From: Candidatus Subterrananammoxibius californiae
Lineage (GTDB): Bacteria > Planctomycetota > Brocadiia > Brocadiales > Subterrananammoxibiaceae
Assembly: GCA_030586555.1 (NCBI GenBank)
Contig: JAURAC010000036.1
Span: 1-29,700, forward strand
DNA: 29,700 nt
Reading direction: 5' to 3'
The notes below the pieces were generated by a model. That model was not told the origin of the DNA, did not search any database, and saw only the letters and a program-made list of their open reading frames with translations. This document shows, in pieces, positions 9,901-16,603 of the stretch. A program made the translations under genes and the position numbers. Each line of letters opens with the position of its first letter. The stretch's first letter is position 1.

Positions 9901-11467
9901 TCTATATTCCATCATCGCCTCGATGTTTTCTGGTCTCCTCTTGGTGGGCATGGTGTTCCATTTTAATGCTTTCAATGACCTCAAGGCGGAAGTCGAATCA
10001 CCCCGATTAGGTATTTCCACTTACGTTCCCGTGCAGGGTGGAACCGGGACATCGACATCCCCCGTAGCAGGAGACATCCTTATGTCTTTTGCGAACAATG
10101 CCTATGGTCCTACGGCGCTTTACGCTGGGGCTGGGATTACCCTTGCAACTTCCACATACAGACGTCTGACAGTCTCTGCCACAGCGGGGAGCGGATTCGA
10201 CTGGACAGTAGCCGGCTATGGGGTTTCTACTACAACCACTCTTGGGTTCCTCAATGGCTTCCTCTCCACCGCATCTTCTACAGTGCATGCTAGTAGCACC
10301 TTCACTGGTGTCATGACGGCTTCTGGGGGCATCTTTGGTAACCTCACCGGGACGGCGTCACTGGCGACTGCTCTTGGGGCAAATGGGGCCAATTGTTCCG
10401 CTGGGCAAGCACCGTTAGGAGTAGACGCCTCTGGTGCCGCAGAGGGATGTGCTTCGGTAGCAACTTTCGCTTATCCGTGGACAACAGAGACTCTAAACGG
10501 CCAGCTTGGTAACTCAACCTCAACACTCTTGCGGTTATTTGGCGGAGCGACAACAACCGCTCTCTCTGCGAACACTCTTGCAGTGGGAGGAACCGCCACG
10601 ACCTCCATAAACAGTGCCGGCACTATCACATCAGGTAGCACTGCGACCTCGACCTTTACAGGAGGGATTTCAATGAACGACCTTAAAGTAACTCTCGCAC
10701 CCACCTTCACACCATTGACCTCTGCGCTCATTCTTACGGGTGCAGACGGCAGAACAGCCGAATACACTGGAGTAACGTGTACTAATCAGTTTCTGCGAGT
10801 CCTAGATGCTCTTGGTGCTGGCACCTGTGCCACTGTGGGGGCTGCAGATGTATCCCTCGCCAACTTAACAGCTACAGACAGCACCCTCACCTTTTCAGGC
10901 ACTTACAATGGAAGCACCGCAAGAACGATAGGAGTAAACCTCGGTGCAACCTTTGTATGGACAAGCGTTCACGATTTCGGTGGGGGCACTTCGATAGAAA
11001 TGGTTAATGGTGCCAGCCCGACAGTGGACGCTATTGGAGAATTTGCCCTTGATACCACTGAAAACGAGTTTCTTTTCGCAACCTCAACCGTAGCTGGCGC
11101 ACCCGCAGTCATTAAGCCCTACGAATGGAAAGGGTTCTCGCACGCCTCTTCCACTCAAGGAAGCGGGACGACCACCAAACCGTTCTTCATTGCCCCGCCT
11201 GTTGGAGCAGGTTACTTTGACTCCATTACTTGCACAGCAACGTCTTCAACCGCCACAAGTGCCTTTTTGCGCGTCATGCTCTCTGATGAGGCGGGCAACC
11301 GCATGAATGACCTCGTGGCTTCGACCACGGAGAATAACATTAAGTTTACTGTGAACAATTCGTTCACCGCAGGGGAAGTTATAAATGCTGGCATAGGGAC
11401 TACGACAAACATTGGAGTATTCGCGGGAGTAACGTGCTGGGTGAAAGTCATCTATACAAGAAACTAA
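9893..11467 (+). CDS. Tail fiber-like Thr/Ser/Gly-rich protein with N-terminal TM anchor
   Basis: Hydrophobic N-terminus, VQGGTG fiber motif, Cys pairs, many ATST/ASST. Confidence 0.65.
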   Translation: MFNLYSIIASMFSGLLLVGMVFHFNAFNDLKAEVESPRLGISTYVPVQGGTGTSTSPVAGDILMSFANNAYGPTALYAGAGITLATSTYRRLTVSATAGSGFDWTVAGYGVSTTTTLGFLNGFLSTASSTVHASSTFTGVMTASGGIFGNLTGTASLATALGANGANCSAGQAPLGVDASGAAEGCASVATFAYPWTTETLNGQLGNSTSTLLRLFGGATTTALSANTLAVGGTATTSINSAGTITSGSTATSTFTGGISMNDLKVTLAPTFTPLTSALILTGADGRTAEYTGVTCTNQFLRVLDALGAGTCATVGAADVSLANLTATDSTLTFSGTYNGSTARTIGVNLGATFVWTSVHDFGGGTSIEMVNGASPTVDAIGEFALDTTENEFLFATSTVAGAPAVIKPYEWKGFSHASSTQGSGTTTKPFFIAPPVGAGYFDSITCTATSSTATSAFLRVMLSDEAGNRMNDLVASTTENNIKFTVNNSFTAGEVINAGIGTTTNIGVFAGVTCWVKVIYTRN

Positions 11468-11468
11468 T

Positions 11469-12476
11469 ATGGGGTGGAAATACACACTGGCCGCTCTTGG
11501 GACTACAACCCTCTTGGGGGCGGCCCCGTTATTCCAAGGTGCGCCAATGCAACTCCTCGGTTCGTTTACCTATGAATGTAACGGCGTAATGCGAACCGCC
11601 GAGGCACCAGACGGGAGTATCGTGAGAGCCGCCTTTGACCCTGAACCATGCACGGGCACGCATGCTTACTCCATTTTCAAGGACTCAAAGGGAGCCAAGG
11701 TTCACGAAGAAATAACTCTTGCTAAATATGAGGACATAGGAAGGAAAGGTGGATTTGCTCGCAACCCCATCAAGAATGAAACTCAATCTCTTTTCGGTAA
11801 AGCGTTTACTCCAAGGGCAGAGGCGGCGATTGCGTTTGATAATGCTATATTCGGAAACTTGGGAGGGGCTGGGACTTCCTTTACCTACTCATTCACTACG
11901 ACAGGTTCCAACATACTTCTATTCTCATTCCCTCGTTGTGCCAATCAAGCTTTTACCAGTTTGACGTATAATGCTGTCGCCTCAACGCAACAACACAATG
12001 AGGGTACTACGGGGGGCATAAATGCTACGGGCGCATTCTATCAGTTCAATGCCGCCTCTGGAGCGAATAATGTGGTTATTACTTGTGCCGCCTCTGCTGA
12101 TGACATTGTTGGTGTTGATGCTTCCTACACAGGAACAGCATCGCCTCTTGACGGAAACGGCAGGGCTGGCGTTACAGTAGGAGCGACTTCAATGTCCCTC
12201 ACAATCACCTCAACTTCAACGGCCGCTTGGATGATAGCGGGGTTCCGAAGCGCAGTAGGTGGTGCGTGGACATTATCTTCAGGCACTAACCGAAACGGAA
12301 CACAAAACCACATCATCGTAGACAGTGGCGCGACTACTACGTGCGCATCTCCGTCCTGCACACTTCGAGGAACACATGACGCAGGGGACTCTCTTGTTTT
12401 CGGGATTACGGTGGACGCGGCCGTTGCAGCAGCGGCCGCCCCAGTGGACGATACCTCTTTCGAGATTATGAATTAG
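11469..12476 (+). CDS. Signal-peptide-bearing beta-rich structural or receptor-binding-like protein
   Basis: Hydrophobic N-terminus; C-terminal domain begins AIAFD after AEA. Confidence 0.55.
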   Translation: MGWKYTLAALGTTTLLGAAPLFQGAPMQLLGSFTYECNGVMRTAEAPDGSIVRAAFDPEPCTGTHAYSIFKDSKGAKVHEEITLAKYEDIGRKGGFARNPIKNETQSLFGKAFTPRAEAAIAFDNAIFGNLGGAGTSFTYSFTTTGSNILLFSFPRCANQAFTSLTYNAVASTQQHNEGTTGGINATGAFYQFNAASGANNVVITCAASADDIVGVDASYTGTASPLDGNGRAGVTVGATSMSLTITSTSTAAWMIAGFRSAVGGAWTLSSGTNRNGTQNHIIVDSGATTTCASPSCTLRGTHDAGDSLVFGITVDAAVAAAAAPVDDTSFEIMN

Positions 12477-12520
12477 TGGATAACTCAAATCTCACCCAGC
12501 AAACGTGATAAAATACAAAT

Positions 12521-12652
12521 ATGAATAGACAAGAACCCGCTCCTCTTTACCAGAAGTTGATTGCCGCTCCATTCGTCATTTTTACCATTCCTTTTATACT
12601 CATTGGGGGGCTGATTTTGATAATCTTAGAGCCGTTTTTTTGTGATGTATGA
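12521..12652 (+). CDS. Small membrane protein (43 aa), leaderless
   Basis: MNRQEPAPLYQKLIAAPFVIFTIPFILIGGLILIILEPFFCDV; TGATAAAAT 6 nt upstream. Confidence 0.5.
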   Translation: MNRQEPAPLYQKLIAAPFVIFTIPFILIGGLILIILEPFFCDV

Positions 12653-12775
12653 ACGAATGGAAAGATAGTCTTACTTGGGCAGATTTCCGTCGGCTCTTGA
12701 CTGGTTACTATCGCGACAGTGATTTTGACGACGCGATTAACCGGAGGGTCGAGATTACCAACCAATGATACTGAT

Positions 12776-13012
12776 ATGGATTCACATGACCAAATACATC
12801 TAAGACTCGGGGAAATCCTCGGAGAAATCAAAGGAGTCAATCAACGTCTCGATAGAACCAACGGGAGATTGGACAAGCATGATTTTAAGATTGACGCACT
12901 AGAGGCTTTCAAGGACCAAGCCACTGGAAAACTGGCGATGGTAGGGGTAGCGGCAGCTTTTCTTTTCTCTATAGTCGGAGCGGCTATTAACAACGTTATG
13001 TTTAAGAACTAA
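12776..13012 (+). CDS. Coiled-coil plus C-terminal TM protein (XhlA-like / holin-associated)
   Basis: Heptad coil then one TM helix, directly before the endolysin candidate. Confidence 0.6.
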   Translation: MDSHDQIHLRLGEILGEIKGVNQRLDRTNGRLDKHDFKIDALEAFKDQATGKLAMVGVAAAFLFSIVGAAINNVMFKN

Positions 13013-13014
13013 GT

Positions 13015-14226
13015 ATGAAATCAGGCTACATCTACGAAGCTCCTGTGATTAACAAGGATTACGTCTTTGGCAGTGCTCACTCCGTCGAAACCCAGAAAGG
13101 TGCTTCTCTCGTTCTCCAACCTGACGGACAGTGGGACGACTACCTTCCCGAAAAGGAATATCAATTCAACCAATACTTTGACACCATTTCGTGTGTTTCG
13201 TTCACCACCCTTTCTTGCGTGGAAATTTTGTTTGAACGCCAGTTTGGAAAAGAGATGAACTACAGCGACCGCTTTCTATCAAAAGTTTCAGGCACAACCA
13301 AACAAGGAAATTCACCTCAACGCCCAGCCGAAACCTTGCGAACAGGAGGTATAGTCGAAGAGACACTCTGGCCGTTTTCTCCTAACCTTAAAACATGGGA
13401 GGAGTTTATGTCCGACATCCCCCGTGGGCTTTTCATCCTCGCTAAAGACTTTCTCAAACAATATGTCTTTGCCCATGAATACGTCCCCTCAAATGCCGAG
13501 AAAATGAAAGATGCACTTACGCACTCTCCCCTTGGTGTTTCTGTTGCCGCGTGGTTCAAGGGAGAAGATGGTTTTTACTATAAACCTGATGGGACGTCCG
13601 ACTCTCACTTCACCATTGTCTATGGATATGAAGATGGGAAGTATTGGAAGTGCTTTGACTCATATAACGTGGCCGGAGAGGATAACTCTGTCCTAAAGAA
13701 GATTAAATGGAACACTCCTTTTGAAGTAGTGAAACGATATGGAATCACCGAGAATACGGAGGAGTTAAAAAAAACCGTTTCTCTTTTGCAACATCTCTAC
13801 AACGCCTTAAAAGAACTCATAGAGGCAATGTTTCCCAGACCAGCTTACGTCACTCCCCCACAAGAATTGCCCATGAATAAGACCGACTACGTCCAACTCA
13901 TGGCGGAAGCGATTGCCAATTTCGAGTCGGGGGGAAGGCTGGATTCACTCACTCATAGATTAAATAACCCCGGAGCGATTAAAGACAAGAAAGGAAACTT
14001 CATCGTCTTCAAGAACTACGCCGAAGGCTTTGAGTATCTGAGAGATTATATTCGTCGGGCTTGCACGGGCAGACATCCAGCCTACAAACCATCTATGACG
14101 ATTAATCAATTCTTTCATATCTACGCCCCTGACCCCGAACCCATACCCACCAACTACGCCAACACTGTGGCGAAACACATGGGTGTTTATCCCTCGTTTA
14201 CCCTCCGGGAAGTTTTCCACAAGTAA
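13015..14226 (+). CDS. Two-domain lysin candidate: papain-like (C1) cysteine peptidase plus lysozyme-like domain
   Basis: Q...SCVSF, SHF, DSY catalytic pattern; C-terminal FESG...NNPG...YAP...NYA. Confidence 0.65.
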   Translation: MKSGYIYEAPVINKDYVFGSAHSVETQKGASLVLQPDGQWDDYLPEKEYQFNQYFDTISCVSFTTLSCVEILFERQFGKEMNYSDRFLSKVSGTTKQGNSPQRPAETLRTGGIVEETLWPFSPNLKTWEEFMSDIPRGLFILAKDFLKQYVFAHEYVPSNAEKMKDALTHSPLGVSVAAWFKGEDGFYYKPDGTSDSHFTIVYGYEDGKYWKCFDSYNVAGEDNSVLKKIKWNTPFEVVKRYGITENTEELKKTVSLLQHLYNALKELIEAMFPRPAYVTPPQELPMNKTDYVQLMAEAIANFESGGRLDSLTHRLNNPGAIKDKKGNFIVFKNYAEGFEYLRDYIRRACTGRHPAYKPSMTINQFFHIYAPDPEPIPTNYANTVAKHMGVYPSFTLREVFHK

Positions 14227-14263
14227 TGGTCGATTTAGTAGACAGATAAGGTATAATATATTT

Positions 14264-14446
14264 ATGCAAATCGCACCATCTTATGTTGCCGGCGTCGTTG
14301 CTGTTGTAGTGAGTCTCCAGTCAATCTTGGGTCTTTCCTTTACCTCCGACCAGTGGACGGCAGCCATTGTTGTCGTCTGTGGAATTGTTGTTGCGGTGAG
14401 ACAGGTCTTAAACGGCCGGTCTTCTTGGTTTGGAGTGCGGAAATAG
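14264..14446 (+). CDS. Small 2-TM holin-like protein
   Basis: Two hydrophobic helices and a basic tail; TATAAT 6 nt before the ATG. Confidence 0.6.
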   Translation: MQIAPSYVAGVVAVVVSLQSILGLSFTSDQWTAAIVVVCGIVVAVRQVLNGRSSWFGVRK

Positions 14447-14450
14447 CAAT

Positions 14451-14573
14451 CCGTCTACCGAGTGTCGCTCGGGAGCATGGGGTATTAGGTGGTGGTGTGC
14501 AGGCAAGTCGTGTTTGCCAGTAATAAGGGTCACAACCTTGACGCCACCACCTAGTACCTCACGCCAATGACGG
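14451..14573 (+). ncRNA. Candidate structured RNA (long stem, two multi-way junctions)
   Basis: 24-bp stem 14475-14498/14541-14564 with 3 G-U and 1 mismatch; inner hairpins GGCAAG/TTTGCC and AAGG/CCTT; outer CCGTC/GACGG. Confidence 0.6.
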
Positions 14574-14643
14574 TGAGAAGTGTCCGAACGCCTTAATTTA
14601 ATGGCCTATAATAGACCTCAATGTTGCCCCCAGGATAGAAATA

Positions 14644-14994
14644 GTGAGAGAAGCCGTCGGAACGGCGGTTTTTAGCTCACTCTTTCAACGATTACAGCCA
14701 TTAAACGGAAAGTATATTGGCGAATGTGTAACCTTGGTCAAAAGGTATTTAAATCTTCCCCCTTTAGGAAACGCTGCAGATTACCCCGTCAACCTCGACT
14801 TCCCCGTCCTCGATAGCGTGGTTGTGCTCAAAGAGGGCAGACAAGGCCATGTAGCCCTTGTGGTGGGTATTGTAGGGGACTCTATCGTCCTTGCCGAATC
14901 TAACAGGTCTTACGACGGCAGAATCCTCGTAGGTAGGACCATCCCAATGGACGACAAGAGAATCAAGGGATATTACGTTCCCTGGTTGGTATAA
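14644..14994 (+). CDS. CHAP-domain amidase/peptidase
   Basis: GECV, GNA, GHVALV, ESN motifs; start uncertain (frame open from 14602). Confidence 0.8.
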   Translation: MREAVGTAVFSSLFQRLQPLNGKYIGECVTLVKRYLNLPPLGNAADYPVNLDFPVLDSVVVLKEGRQGHVALVVGIVGDSIVLAESNRSYDGRILVGRTIPMDDKRIKGYYVPWLV

Positions 14995-14995
14995 G

Positions 14996-15038
14996 AAAAC
15001 CCGCACAGAGGTCGAAAATGCGCGGGCGTTTTCTTTTT
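14996..15038 (+). terminator. Probable terminator at the convergence of late and early arms
   Basis: CCCGCA...TGCGCGGG imperfect stem followed by a T-rich tract. Confidence 0.45.
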
Positions 15039-15147
15039 ACTCTGCTTTTTCAACAGGAGCCTCCGACACGGCGGGGGTCTCTACTGGTGATGTTTCAACC
15101 ACAGACTCTACTGCGGGAGATTCCGTTCCTACATTTTGTTCATCCAT
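15037..15147 (-). CDS. 36-aa acidic Glu/Pro/Val-rich peptide
   Basis: MDEQNVGTESPAVESVVETSPVETPAVSEAPVEKAE; TATAAT upstream. Confidence 0.55.
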   Translation of the reverse strand: MDEQNVGTESPAVESVVETSPVETPAVSEAPVEKAE

Positions 15148-15183
15148 AAAAGTTCGATTACCTGATAATAAGGGTATTATATC

Positions 15184-15270
15184 TTATTTTCTCTCCTCGC
15201 CATAAGTACATTCGTAACATTCCCCATCATACGTTTGCCACGTCTCTTTTTTACATTTTTTGCATTTCAT
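15184..15270 (-). CDS. 28-aa zinc-ribbon micro-protein
   Basis: MKCKKC...CYEC; ATGA overlap with the HNH gene stop. Confidence 0.5.
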   Translation of the reverse strand: MKCKKCKKETWQTYDGECYECTYGEERK

Positions 15271-15623
15271 AAATTACTCAATATTTCACAAGCTCTAGCG
15301 AAGTAGTATTTGTCTCCTTTTACAACAACTTCACCGGCCTTTCGTAAATTCATCCACCAATCCATTCCCCTAATCTCGACAATTTTTGATGCCCAATAAC
15401 TCTCGTTTTGATGTAGTTTGAAATGGCATTTGCCACAGAGTGGAATTAGGTTATCGGGGTTATATCTCAACACAAGGCTCTTGGATTTATGAACGTGATG
15501 ATGGGCTACTTCTGTTTCACCCCCACACAAAAGACACCGAGGGAATAGGTGTTTGATGAGTGGTGTAAGTAACGCATCCGCCTTGTCCCTTAACTTTTGC
15601 AACTCCGACTTCTTCCTCCTCAT
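15267..15623 (-). CDS. HNH endonuclease, NinG/Rap-like
   Basis: CLLCG, AHHHV, LRYNPDNLIPLCGKCH; leaderless ATG 15623 six nt after TATAAT. Confidence 0.8.
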   Translation of the reverse strand: MRRKKSELQKLRDKADALLTPLIKHLFPRCLLCGGETEVAHHHVHKSKSLVLRYNPDNLIPLCGKCHFKLHQNESYWASKIVEIRGMDWWMNLRKAGEVVVKGDKYYFARACEILSNL

Positions 15624-15637
15624 AGTTTCATTATACA

Positions 15638-15727
15638 TCAGAAAAACCTGTCATCGTCATATTGTCCACAGTCGAAGCACTCTTGGCATATCTCGTTATT
15701 TAAATCTTTCAATTCATTGCAAATCAT
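15638..15727 (-). CDS. Cys-rich micro-protein
   Basis: (C)MIC...CQEC pattern; start uncertain. Confidence 0.35.
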   Translation of the reverse strand: MICNELKDLNNEICQECFDCGQYDDDRFF

Positions 15728-15737
15728 ACATCTATCT

Positions 15738-15894
15738 AAAATGAAGCCCCCGGTAACAGCGGAGGCATGGGGTCTACTACCTTTTATGGACTGCGCCGAC
15801 TTACGGGACGCCATGCGGCTTGTCACCAAGGTGGTCACAGAGTTGGTGGGAGTTCCACACACGTCGTGAGCCGTCCCTCCCAAACCGACACAGT
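15738..15894 (-). ncRNA. Candidate structured RNA (closing stem, three-hairpin junction, terminator)
   Basis: 13-bp stem 15894-15882/15802-15790, GGGACG/CGTCCC, three inner hairpins, then GCCTCCG/CGGGGGC-TTCATTTT. Confidence 0.5.
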
Positions 15895-15909
15895 TATTAT
15901 ACACCCTTG

Positions 15910-16074
15910 TCAAAGATTGTGGCGATGGGGCTGTGGATAAACTTTTCTTTCGCGTTTAATCTCCTCCAACCGATAGTGCATTAGACAAGCTCTGCTACAA
16001 AACTTCTTCTCTCCCTCGAAAAATTCGCTCCAACGAAGGAATAGTTTGAACTTCCCACACCAGAAACAAAACAT
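15910..16074 (-). CDS. 54-aa zinc-finger protein (CxxC...FCSxxC, TRASH-like)
   Basis: MFCFWCGK...KKFCSRACL; AGGAG upstream; below the ORF-track length cutoff. Confidence 0.65.
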   Translation of the reverse strand: MFCFWCGKFKLFLRWSEFFEGEKKFCSRACLMHYRLEEIKRERKVYPQPHRHNL

Positions 16075-16118
16075 TGTCTATCTCCTATTTCTACTTTTTC
16101 TCTCCTAATTCTACCATT

Positions 16119-16278
16119 AAAAACAAAGTGCCGAGAGCGTGTTTCCGTATTACTGTTTACCCGAAGCGACTCGGCATATACGGGGACTTGCGACCCACGT
16201 ATCTTAAAGGCAGGTTGCAATCCTACCTCGCAGGGGCACTTTTTACGCTCCACTCAACACTCACGGCACTTTATCTTC
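16119..16278 (-). ncRNA. Candidate structured RNA (long closing stem with three hairpins)
   Basis: AAAGTGCCG/CGGCACTTT core extended by G-U pairs; loops ATTGCAA and TCGCAAGT. Confidence 0.55.
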
Positions 16279-16332
16279 AAACCCTCACCGCGCCGCCCAT
16301 TCTGCGAGATTAGTCCGCCATTTTCTTCGTAG

Positions 16333-16355
16333 AAAAAACGCCTGCCCGAAGGCAG
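16333..16355 (-). terminator. Intrinsic terminator with cUUCGg tetraloop
   Basis: CTGCC-TTCG-GGCAG-GCG-TTTTTT on the minus strand. Confidence 0.75.
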
Positions 16356-16422
16356 TGACGCGGAATGGGTAGGTGCGGTACTGGAAATATACGACGCTTT
16401 CACGTCGCGGTGAGGATTCGAT

Positions 16423-16561
16423 GTGAGAGGCTGATGGGGAAGGGAGTCGAACCCCGTACTCTAGTAGTCCTTTATGGAACTTGAGTGCACCACGCTAATT
16501 TGAGTTCGGGTTTTTGGCCATAAAACCAAAATCCCTACGCTCTCCCCCATCAACCTCCCAC
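16423..16561 (-). ncRNA. tRNA-like RNA: T-arm plus 17-bp extended closing stem (not a canonical tRNA)
   Basis: GTGGGAGGTTGATGGGG/CCCCATCAGCCTCTCAC; GGGG-TTCGACT-CCC T-arm next to the 3' strand. Confidence 0.6.
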
Positions 16562-16564
16562 TAA

Positions 16565-16577
16565 TTGTCAAAGAGCG
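16565..16577 (-). promoter_or_regulatory. boxA-like antitermination motif
   Basis: CGCTCTTTGACAA, 3 nt upstream of the tRNA-like RNA. Confidence 0.55.
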
Positions 16578-16603
16578 TTCGTCAAACACCTTGGACGGTG
16601 TAT

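Noticed and set aside
14521..14540. Twister or hammerhead ribozyme
   Set aside because: The GGGTCACAACC loop loosely recalls twister P4, but the pseudoknot partners and flanking conserved bases are missing; no CUGANGA/GAAA core
15896..15913. TTGACA/TATAAT as a sigma70 -35/-10 pair
   Set aside because: Spacer is only 6 nt; the TTGACA fits better as part of a boxA-like motif
15981..16313. ORFs 15981-16253 (-) and 16074-16313 (+) as proteins
   Set aside because: Non-ATG starts and no motifs; they overlap a structured RNA candidate and the better 54-aa zinc-finger ORF
16423..16561. Canonical tRNA gene
   Set aside because: Has a T-arm but no proper D-arm or anticodon arm, no CCA end, and is too long; kept as a tRNA-like ncRNA
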